This document shows, one piece after another, positions 56,442 to 64,000 of a stretch of DNA of 64,000 nt. The position numbers and the translations under genes are program-made. Under the pieces are notes generated by a model. That model was not told the origin of the DNA and searched no databases. It worked only from the letters and a program-made list of their open reading frames with translations. Location of the stretch: positions 1,952,001 through 2,016,000 of the forward strand of contig OZ220733.1 of NCBI GenBank assembly GCA_965116875.1. The letters are read 5' to 3'. The DNA comes from Candidatus Latescibacterota bacterium. Its GTDB lineage: Bacteria > Latescibacterota > UBA2968 > GCA-2709665. The first letter of the stretch is position 1. Each line of letters begins with the position of its first letter.

Positions 56442-57290
56442 GTGACGACATTGGAACGAATCTATTTTATATCCGACGTTCATATTGGTGCGCCCGATAT
56501 AGAAGGCAGCGCCCGCGAACGGGAAGACGTCCTGATCGACTTCCTGAAGTCCATCCGTCACAACGCGGAGGCGCTTTACATCGTTGGCGACCTCTTTGAC
56601 TTCTGGTTCGAGTACCGCACGACGGTCCCTTCGAGCGGCGCCCGGGTCCTGTTCGAATTGTACAACCTCGTGGAGTCCGGCGTTCGCGTGATATACCTGC
56701 CCGGGAATCACGACCTGTGGCCGGGCGATTACTTTTCGGGACAGCTCGGCGTTGAACTGCCGGGCGGCCCGATTACGGTTACGCACCAGGGTCTCAGGAT
56801 CCATATTGCCCACGGAGACGAAATCCGGACCGACTGGCGGTTCCGCCTCAGCCGCGGCATTCTGAAGAACCGGTTCTGCGTGGGCTTGTTTCGCCTGCTC
56901 CATCCGGACCTTGGGGCCATGCTCGCCAGGTACACCTCCCGGCTGTCCGAATACCGGATCCGGAGAAGGGGTTCCGGAAACCGGGATATTCTCTACAAAG
57001 CAGCAAGAGAGAAGATCGGCCAGGGTGTCGACGTCGTCATTCATGGCCACTACCACTTCACGCTCCACGCCCGCGTGGGCGGATCACCAAACCATCACGC
57101 GGTCACGGAAACGGGTACCGCTAAGCACACGGATGCCGGATCTGAACGTACCGGCGAACTGGTCGTCCTGGGCGACTGGATTCAGCAATGCACCTATGCG
57201 GTCTTGGAAAACGGCGGAATCCGGCTGGGCAAGTGGAATGAGGGTACAATGTCCGAGCAGACGATCCTGACGGAAGAAGAGGATCGGTGA
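56442..57290 (+). CDS. lpxH: UDP-2,3-diacylglucosamine diphosphatase-like metallophosphoesterase
   Basis: FISDVHIG, IVGDLFDFWFEY, LPGNHD, IAHGD, IHGHYH, LGDWI. Confidence 0.85.
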   Translation: MTTLERIYFISDVHIGAPDIEGSAREREDVLIDFLKSIRHNAEALYIVGDLFDFWFEYRTTVPSSGARVLFELYNLVESGVRVIYLPGNHDLWPGDYFSGQLGVELPGGPITVTHQGLRIHIAHGDEIRTDWRFRLSRGILKNRFCVGLFRLLHPDLGAMLARYTSRLSEYRIRRRGSGNRDILYKAAREKIGQGVDVVIHGHYHFTLHARVGGSPNHHAVTETGTAKHTDAGSERTGELVVLGDWIQQCTYAVLENGGIRLGKWNEGTMSEQTILTEEEDR

Positions 57291-57350
57291 GATCGCGATG
57301 CGACAACGACCCATTCAGACACACTCGTGCGATCAGTTCCGGGCGTCTTC

Positions 57351-58907
57351 ATGATTCTTTCAATCGACCAGGGAACCACGGGTACGACCGTGCTCGTCAT
57401 CAACCGCGGAGGCGATATCGTCGGCCGCGCCTACGCGGAGTTCAGCCAGATCTATCCGCAACCCGGCTGGGTTTCTCACAATGCGGATGAAATCTGGCGC
57501 TCCACATGCGCGGTAATCGCCGACGCGATGGAAGATTCAGGCATCCGCCCGGGGGACCTCGCAGGCATCGGGATCGCCAACCAGCGGGAGACCACAGTCC
57601 TATGGGACCGTCGCACCGGAGAACCGGTGCATGACGCCATCGTGTGGCAGTGCCGCCGTACCGCGGACGTCTGCCGGCGTTACCGGGAGCGGGGCCTGGA
57701 AGAGTTGGTCCGAAAAAAGACGGGCCTTGTGATTGACGCCTACTTTTCCGCGACGAAGATCGTCTGGTTTATGGAAAACGTACCCGGTATCCGTCTCAGG
57801 GCGGAGGCTGGCGACGTCTGCTTCGGCACGATCGATACCTACCTGCTCTACCGGCTCACCGGCGGTGACGTCCACGCAACCGACCTGACCAATGCCTCCC
57901 GCACCATGTGTTTCAATATCCATTCGCGCGAGTGGGACCCGGACCTGCTCGACGCGTTCGATATCCCCCGGGCGATACTCCCGGAGGTGCATCGCTCAGC
58001 CCATGTGTTCGGAAACACCCGGGGCGCGGGACCCCTGCCGGACGGGGTCCCGATTGCCGGTATCGCAGGGGACCAGCAGGCGGCGCTCTTTGGGCAGCGC
58101 GGCGTATCCATGGGGGACGTCAAGAACACCTACGGCACAGGCTGCTTCGCGCTGTTCCACACGGGCTCGAACGCGTTTCCATCGGAGAACGGTCTGCTCA
58201 CCACGCTTGCCTGCGATTCCCTCGGCGGTCCCGCATTCGCCCTGGAAGGCTCGGTTTTCAGCGCGGGCTCGGCCGTTCAGTGGCTGCGCGACGGTCTCGG
58301 TCTGATCGCGAATGCGTCCGATACGGAAGCGCTCGCACGATCGGTTCCGGACAATGGCGGCGTGTATCTCGTCCCCGCCTTCACGGGCCTGGGCGCGCCG
58401 TATTGGGATCCCGATGCCCGCGGGACGGTCGTCGGCATCAACCGGGGCACCCAACGGGCCCACTTTGCGCGCGCCGCCCTCGAATCCATCGCCTACCAGA
58501 GCGCCGCCCTTGTGGATGCCATGGCCGCCGACACGGGACGTCCCGTCACCGGAATGCGGGTCGACGGCGGCGCCTCCGTCAACGACTTCCTGATGCAGTT
58601 CCAGGCCGATATCCTCGATGTGCCGGTCATCCGTCCACGCCATACGGAGACCACCGCCCTGGGCGCCGCCATGCTCGCGGGTCTGACGACGGGTTTCTGG
58701 ACCGGGCCGGGTGCGCTTTCGGACCTGAACCCTCCCGAACGGACGTTCGAACCGTCCATGCCGAAGAAAAAGTGCGACGCCCTGCTGAATCAATGGCGTC
58801 GCGCCGTTCGAACCGCCCGCTACCACGGCAATCCGGTAAGTAGAGACAAGGAAGAAGGAAAAAGGAAGAAGGAAGAAAGGAGAAGAGGCGGAAACTTTAC
58901 TGTATGA
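57351..58907 (+). CDS. glpK: Glycerol kinase
   Basis: SIDQGTTGT, NQRETT, IVWQCRRT, DAYFSATK, TNASRT, GDQQAALFGQ, KNTYGTGCF, VPAFTGLGAPYWD, RVDGGA, ETTALGAA. Confidence 0.96.
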   Translation: MILSIDQGTTGTTVLVINRGGDIVGRAYAEFSQIYPQPGWVSHNADEIWRSTCAVIADAMEDSGIRPGDLAGIGIANQRETTVLWDRRTGEPVHDAIVWQCRRTADVCRRYRERGLEELVRKKTGLVIDAYFSATKIVWFMENVPGIRLRAEAGDVCFGTIDTYLLYRLTGGDVHATDLTNASRTMCFNIHSREWDPDLLDAFDIPRAILPEVHRSAHVFGNTRGAGPLPDGVPIAGIAGDQQAALFGQRGVSMGDVKNTYGTGCFALFHTGSNAFPSENGLLTTLACDSLGGPAFALEGSVFSAGSAVQWLRDGLGLIANASDTEALARSVPDNGGVYLVPAFTGLGAPYWDPDARGTVVGINRGTQRAHFARAALESIAYQSAALVDAMAADTGRPVTGMRVDGGASVNDFLMQFQADILDVPVIRPRHTETTALGAAMLAGLTTGFWTGPGALSDLNPPERTFEPSMPKKKCDALLNQWRRAVRTARYHGNPVSRDKEEGKRKKEERRRGGNFTV

Positions 58908-59043
58908 GACGCATTGGAATGGACGCGTATTGTGAATAACGAGAAGTGATTCTCAAAGGGCAGCGTGAGACCGTTTGGATGTGATCGTTTCCCGGCTCCC
59001 GCCTTCCGCTTTTCTCTTCCTTCTTCCTTTTTCCTTCTTCCTT
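58848..59043. repeat. Perfect 29-bp homopurine/homopyrimidine inverted repeat spanning the glpK/ilvD junction
   Basis: AAGGAAGAAGGAAAAAGGAAGAAGGAAGA (58848-58876) and its exact reverse complement at 59015-59043. Confidence 0.85.
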
Positions 59044-59048
59044 TTTTT

Positions 59049-60722
59049 TTACTCGTCCGTCACGCATCCCTCGGAAGCCGTGGTCACGGTCTTGATGTAT
59101 TTGTAGAGCGTCCCCTGCGAGGCTTTGTAAGGCGGCGCGGTCCAGGCCGCACGCCGCTTCGCCAGTTCCCCGTCGCTCAGATGCACGCTGATCTCGTTGG
59201 CCTCCGCGTCGATGGTAATCACGTCCCCATTCTCGACCAGGGCGATGGCGCCGCCCTCCTGCGCCTCGGGCGTGATATGCCCCACAACGAACCCGTGCGA
59301 CCCGCCCGAAAACCGTCCGTCCGTAATCAGGGCCACGTCCTTGCCGAGTCCCGCGCCCATAATCACCGACGTGGGTGTGAGCATCTCGGGCATGCCCGGA
59401 CCGCCCGTGGGCCCTTCGTAACGGATGACCACCACGCATCCCTTCTTCACTTCGCTTCGTTCCACCGCCCCGAGCAGGTCCTCCTCCCTGTCGAATACCG
59501 CCGCCGGACCGGAGAACCGCACCCCCTCCTTCCCCGTGATCTTGGCCACCGCGCCCTCGGACGCCAGATTTCCCCTCAGAATGCGCAGATGCCCCGTGGC
59601 CTTGATCGGCCGGTCCATGGGGCGAACCACCTCCTGACCCTCGTCAAGTCCGGGCAATTCCACGAGGTTCTCCGCAATCGTCCGACCCGTCACGGTCAGG
59701 CAGTCTCCATTCAGCAAGCCGTTCTCCAGCAGAGCTTTCATTACGCCGGGCGTTCCGCCGACGTTGTGGAGATCCTCCATCACGTACATCCCGCTGGGTT
59801 TGAAGTCCGCCAATAACGGCACCCGGTCGCTCACCGCCTGAAAGTCGTCGATGGTCAGCGGCACGCCAACGGATTTTGCGATTGCGATCATGTGCAGCAC
59901 CGCATTGGTCGACCCGCCGAGGGCCATCACCACGACCATGGCGTTCTCGAACGCCTCGCGGGTCATGATGTCCCTGGGTTTGATATCCTGCTCGAGCAGA
60001 TTTCGGATGGCCGCGCCGGACCGGAAGCACTCCTCCAGCTTGCCCTTGTCCACCGCGGGCGTCGATGAACTGTAAGGCAGCGACATGCCCATCGCTTCGA
60101 TGGCGGACGCCATCGTATTCGCGGTGTACATCCCGCCGCACGCTCCGGCGCCCGGGCAGGCGTGCTGCACAACGCCCTTTCTCCCCACCTCGTCCAGTTC
60201 GCCGGCCAGGTACTCCCCGTAGCTCTGAAAGGCCGACACGATATCGAGCTTCTTGTGGTCGCGGAATCCGGGCTTGATCGTACCTCCGTAAATCATCAAT
60301 GACGGCCGGTTCAGCCGCCCCATGGCCATCACACACCCCGGCATGTTCTTGTCGCAGCCCGGCAGGGATATATTGGCGTCGTACCACTGCGCGCCCATCA
60401 CGGTCTCGATCGAATCCGCGATGAGGTCGCGCGACTGGAGCGAAAAACTCATGCCATCCGTGCCCATGGAAATCCCGTCGCTGACGCCGATTGTGTTGAA
60501 TCGCATGCCCAGAAGACCCGCCGCATCCACTCCCTGCTTCACCTTCGCGGCGAGATCCAGCAGGTGCATATTGCAGGTATTGCCCTCGTACCACATGCTC
60601 GAGATGCCCACCTGCGCCTTGTCCATATCCGCTTCGGTCATGCCGGTTCCATACAACATCGCCTGGGACGCGCCCTGGGATTTCACCTGGGTGATCCGGG
60701 AGCTGTACTTGTTCAACGCCAT
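59049..60722 (-). CDS. ilvD: Dihydroxy-acid dehydratase
   Basis: [73 protein letters not shown]. Confidence 0.97.
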   Translation of the reverse strand: MALNKYSSRITQVKSQGASQAMLYGTGMTEADMDKAQVGISSMWYEGNTCNMHLLDLAAKVKQGVDAAGLLGMRFNTIGVSDGISMGTDGMSFSLQSRDLIADSIETVMGAQWYDANISLPGCDKNMPGCVMAMGRLNRPSLMIYGGTIKPGFRDHKKLDIVSAFQSYGEYLAGELDEVGRKGVVQHACPGAGACGGMYTANTMASAIEAMGMSLPYSSSTPAVDKGKLEECFRSGAAIRNLLEQDIKPRDIMTREAFENAMVVVMALGGSTNAVLHMIAIAKSVGVPLTIDDFQAVSDRVPLLADFKPSGMYVMEDLHNVGGTPGVMKALLENGLLNGDCLTVTGRTIAENLVELPGLDEGQEVVRPMDRPIKATGHLRILRGNLASEGAVAKITGKEGVRFSGPAAVFDREEDLLGAVERSEVKKGCVVVIRYEGPTGGPGMPEMLTPTSVIMGAGLGKDVALITDGRFSGGSHGFVVGHITPEAQEGGAIALVENGDVITIDAEANEISVHLSDGELAKRRAAWTAPPYKASQGTLYKYIKTVTTASEGCVTDE

Positions 60723-60808
60723 GCTGTTCCTTTCTCGTTTGTCCGGCTGAAGCCGTCTTGTCCGCGCGCCAGGGTTGTTTCTGGCTTGTTTTCATTCATT
60801 CCGGATTT

Positions 60809-60837
60809 AATTTAAGCGAATGCAAGGCAACGGTCAA
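60809..60837 (-). promoter_or_regulatory. Promoter candidate for ilvD
   Basis: Minus strand TTGACC-N17-TAAATT. Confidence 0.5.
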
Positions 60838-60843
60838 CTGTGG

Positions 60844-60944
60844 GAGAATCGGGTAGAGGTGAGACGGCAGCCGGTAGAAGAAATCCTTGCCCGATGTTTA
60901 ATTCCTCCTTGCCTGCGGCATGAGAAAAAACCTGACGAGGATGG
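60844..60944 (+). repeat. Second copy of the about 100-bp dispersed repeat found at 45951-46087
   Basis: GAGAATCGGGTAGAGG.GAGACG..AG.CGGTAGAAGAAAT...CCTTGCCCG...CCTTGCCT.CGGCA.GA.AA.AA.CCT.AC.AGG.TGG is shared by both loci. Confidence 0.75.
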
Positions 60945-61073
60945 ACACCATTCGACGCGCCCCGGATGTCGGCATACCTGGAGGCGCCGGACCGTTTGGA
61001 CGGGTCGCGCGTGGTGGATGGCAATGGATTCCCCCTTTCCGCCCATCGATGTTCATGACGAGGAGACGCGCTA

Positions 61074-62342
61074 ATGGCCGGAGACGCTACGATAATTGAT
61101 CCTGCTGGGAACCCGGGCGCCGCTCCCGTTCCACAGACCGAGCGCATCGAATCGATTGACGTTCTCCGCGGCGTGGCCCTGCTAGGCATCCTCGTCATGA
61201 ACATCCAGGCATTTGCCATGCCGCAGGCGGCGTACTTCAACCCGACCGCCTATGGCGACCTCACCGGCGCGAACCGTTACGTCTGGATCGCGGGCCGGAT
61301 GCTGGCCGATCAGAAGTTCATGACGATTTTTTCGTTGCTCTTCGGCGCGGGCATTGTCCTGATGACGGGACGGGCGGAGGCACGCGGCGACGCCCGTCGG
61401 GTGCACTACCGGCGCATGAGGTGGCTGCTGGTCATCGGGCTGCTCCACGGGCATCTTCTCTGGTGGGGGGATATCCTCTTCCATTACGCTGTCTGCGGGA
61501 TGCTGGTGTATCCGCTGCGCCGCCTGTCGCCGCGGCGGCTGTTCGCCCTTGGCGTGGTGCTGCTTGTCGCTTTTTCCGCGTTCTGGGGCGTATTTGGACT
61601 GACGTTCCCGTACTGGCCGGAGGAGGCACGCGCCGAGTTTGTCGCAGACGCCTGGAAGCCGCCGCAGGAAAGGCTCGATGCGGAAATCGCCACCTACCGC
61701 GGCGGCTGGCTCCAACAGATGCCGGATCGATCAGTGACGGCGCTTGGGAGCGAGACGCTGGTGCTGATCTTTTGGGCCGTATGGCGCGCAGGTGGGTTGA
61801 TGCTGATCGGGATGGCGCTTTTCAAGAGAGACGTGTTTAACGCGCGACGCTCGACACGCTTCTACGTGTCGCTGATCGCTATGGCGGCCGCCGTCGGGAT
61901 TCCCCTCCAGGCGTACGGAATCGCACTTGACTTCGCGTCCGGGTGGTCGGTCCGGTCGCTATTCGCGGGCCTTCAGCTGGTCTATTGGACAAGTATTGCT
62001 GTCAGTCTCGGCTACGTCGGTGCGATTATGCTGGCGTGCCGGACTCGGGCGCTTCGCCGTTACACGCGTCCGTTCGCGGCCGTCGGCCAGACCGCCCTTA
62101 CCAACTATCTGCTGCAAACGGTTATCTGCACGACGATCTTCTACGGCCACGGCCTGGGATGGTTCGGCTCGGTGGATCGCGTCGGACAGGTCGGAGTGGT
62201 GGCCGGTGTCTGGGCCGTGCAGCTCATCGCCTCGCCGCTGTGGCTGCGCCGGTACCGCTTCGGGCCCGTGGAGTGGGCATGGCGGTCTCTCACCTACCGC
62301 GCGCGGCAGCCCATGAGGCGGGAAACGGCGCCCGGGCAGTGA
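61074..62342 (+). CDS. DUF418 (YeiB-like) membrane protein
   Basis: ERIESIDVLRGVALLGILVMNI, KFMTIFSLLFGAG, WWGDIL, VGQTALTNYLLQT, RYRFGPVEWAWRSLTY. Confidence 0.9.
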   Translation: MAGDATIIDPAGNPGAAPVPQTERIESIDVLRGVALLGILVMNIQAFAMPQAAYFNPTAYGDLTGANRYVWIAGRMLADQKFMTIFSLLFGAGIVLMTGRAEARGDARRVHYRRMRWLLVIGLLHGHLLWWGDILFHYAVCGMLVYPLRRLSPRRLFALGVVLLVAFSAFWGVFGLTFPYWPEEARAEFVADAWKPPQERLDAEIATYRGGWLQQMPDRSVTALGSETLVLIFWAVWRAGGLMLIGMALFKRDVFNARRSTRFYVSLIAMAAAVGIPLQAYGIALDFASGWSVRSLFAGLQLVYWTSIAVSLGYVGAIMLACRTRALRRYTRPFAAVGQTALTNYLLQTVICTTIFYGHGLGWFGSVDRVGQVGVVAGVWAVQLIASPLWLRRYRFGPVEWAWRSLTYRARQPMRRETAPGQ

Positions 62343-62472
62343 GCGTCACGTCGTCTGGCTGGACATAGCTTGCGCGGTGTGTTCTCGCTTGCGATACGTG
62401 CAGACTTACGGGTGCATATGACGGCGACTGACGGTTAGCCAGGCCAGGTTATTGGCCTTTCAGGACGAATTG

Positions 62473-62513
62473 CGCCTCTCCGCTTAAACCCCTGGGGGAG
62501 GCGTTTTTCTTTT
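62473..62513 (+). terminator. Intrinsic terminator candidate
   Basis: CGCCTCTCC...GGGGAGGCG followed by TTTTTCTTTT. Confidence 0.6.
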
Positions 62514-62818
62514 GAACCACCTCCGCATTCCACCAACCGAAACCGACGACACGTTTCACGCCGGCTCTTCACTTGCCAATTCCGAACTGCGCTTTGGATG
62601 CTCCGGCTCATCGTGTTCTGTACGAGCATTGCAGCCGGTTTGACAGGGGGACGCGATGTGGCGTCATGTGCAATTACGCGTATCCGGTTCATCCACATCC
62701 GGCTGTATTCAGGCGACTCTAACGGGCAGGAAAGGGAACGGAAGACCCGACGTCTCTATCTAACAAAATGGCCGCCTGACTCTCAATCTTCAGACGCCGG
62801 GAGAAAATGGAGGCGCAT

Positions 62819-64000
62819 GTGAAGCGAATTGTGTTATTGGTTTCGTGCGTGTTGGCGATGAGCGTCAGCACTCAGGTTCATGCAAAGGGAACGGTCCGTG
62901 GTACCGTGCGTGATGCGACGAACGGTGAGACACTGCCGTACGCCAATGTTGTCGTCGACAGTATGCGCATTGGCGTATCTACGGACAAGACCGGCTACTT
63001 TGTCATCGGGAGCCTGCCGCCGGGTTCGCACAGGGTTACAGCCAGCTACATCGGGTACGAAAGCCGATCTGTCCCAGTCACGATTGAGTCGGTTGAGACC
63101 CGGCGGATCGACATCGAACTCGATCCCGTTGAATTAAGGGGCGAAGCGATCGAAGTCATCGGCGATCCGGTGGCGCCGACCGAGGTCACACCGGTGAGCG
63201 CGTTCGGCACGCGGGTCACCGAACTGGCGCGCATTCCAACCGTGGGACAGCCCGATCTCCTGCGGGGCATTCAACTCCTCCCCGGCGTCCAGGCAGGAAG
63301 TGAGAATTCCGCGGGTTTGTACGTGCGGGGAGGTACGCCCGGCCAGAACCTGATTCTGCTGGACGACGTGGTTGTCTATAACCCGAATCACCTGTTCGGG
63401 TTCTTCAGCACGTTCAATCCCGACGCATTGAAGGACGTGACGTTGATCAAGGGGACATTTCCCGCGCGGTATGGGGACCGCCTTTCGAGTGTGTTGGATA
63501 TAACAAACCTGGACGGCAACCGAAAAGCGTTCGATGCGCGCGGCTCAATCGATCTGATCAGCGCGGGACTGACGGCAGGCGGACCGGTGGGCGATCGCGG
63601 GTCCTGGATGTTGTCGGGGCGACGTACGTACCAGGACGTATTGAAGTCGCCATTGTTCAGTCACCTGGTTGACGAGATGTTCAGCACCCGAATCGGGACC
63701 ATTGCCGCGAGTCCCGGCGCCGGCGGAGGTCCGCCCGGCTTCGGCGGCCGCCCGGGCGGAGGACGGTTCGGAGGGACGCGATTCAATTTCCAGCAGCAGA
63801 CTGGCGATTTCGATCAGGACTACGGATTCTACGATGCGAATTTCAAGCTGAACCTGGAGTTGTCCGACAATAACCGGATCTCCGTCAGCGGATACCTGGG
63901 CAGCGACGCACTCAATCTATCCCTGCCTTCTTTCCGCGAGCAGACCCGTGATCAACTCATGGATTGGGGCAATCGGATCGCCCGGTTCAAGTGGATGCGC
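62819..64000 (+). CDS. TonB-dependent receptor with N-terminal carboxypeptidase-regulatory-like domain, 3'-truncated (absent from the ORF track because there is no stop in the window)
   Basis: GGAGG RBS and GTG 62819: MKRIVLLVSCVLAMSVSTQVHA-KGTVRGTVRDATNGETLPYANV...SYIGY...DLLRGIQLLPGV...LYVRGG...QNLILLD...YNPNHLFGFFSTFN...KGTFPARYGDRLSSVLDI. Confidence 0.9.
   Translation, partial: MKRIVLLVSCVLAMSVSTQVHAKGTVRGTVRDATNGETLPYANVVVDSMRIGVSTDKTGYFVIGSLPPGSHRVTASYIGYESRSVPVTIESVETRRIDIELDPVELRGEAIEVIGDPVAPTEVTPVSAFGTRVTELARIPTVGQPDLLRGIQLLPGVQAGSENSAGLYVRGGTPGQNLILLDDVVVYNPNHLFGFFSTFNPDALKDVTLIKGTFPARYGDRLSSVLDITNLDGNRKAFDARGSIDLISAGLTAGGPVGDRGSWMLSGRRTYQDVLKSPLFSHLVDEMFSTRIGTIAASPGAGGGPPGFGGRPGGGRFGGTRFNFQQQTGDFDQDYGFYDANFKLNLELSDNNRISVSGYLGSDALNLSLPSFREQTRDQLMDWGNRIARFKWMR

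Noticed and set aside
59644-60795. 383-aa alternative-frame ORF overlapping ilvD on the same strand
   Set aside because: Arg/Gly-rich off-frame translation with no motifs; ilvD explains the region.
62343-62818. Riboswitch or 6S RNA upstream of the TonB-dependent receptor
   Set aside because: I could not find the conserved cores of cobalamin, TPP, ZTP or c-di-GMP riboswitches, or the closing stem of 6S RNA. Only a terminator-like hairpin is supported; an Rfam scan would settle it.

Overview
A 64-kb, GC-rich bacterial chromosomal window. Housekeeping genes (proS, polA, gltA, msrA, lpxH, glpK, ilvD, a dsbD-like gene, a UbiD-family gene) are mixed with many catabolic enzymes: heparinase II/III-like, sulfatase, two Gfo/Idh/MocA oxidoreductases, two PhyH-type dioxygenases, a CocE hydrolase, an amidohydrolase, a TRAP transporter and a partial TonB-dependent receptor. 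The window also encodes many repeat proteins (plant-type LRR, ankyrin, TPR, HEAT, FG-GAP), three recognisable type II toxin-antitoxin pairs, and several families of short intergenic elements (MITEs, REP-like palindromes, heptamer-unit inverted repeats). The gene content suggests an FCB-group diderm such as Latescibacterota, possibly a sponge symbiont; this is inference only. Best leads: (1) at 24.6-30.2 kb, three secreted proteins carry cohesin-like, dockerin-like and T9SS/FlgD-type tail domains on non-enzymatic cargo (tandem Cache domains, an LRR solenoid), a possible non-cellulosomal surface display system; (2) an unnamed two-gene module at 4.9-5.5 kb has the layout and promoter of a TA locus, and its downstream protein looks DUF3574/PII-like and might be SAM-lyase-like; (3) a PhyH gene is interrupted by one in-frame TAG; (4) self-nested REP units and related MITE copies of different length. 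I saw no rRNA, tRNA, CRISPR array or transposase. All family assignments come from reading motifs by eye, not from database searches.
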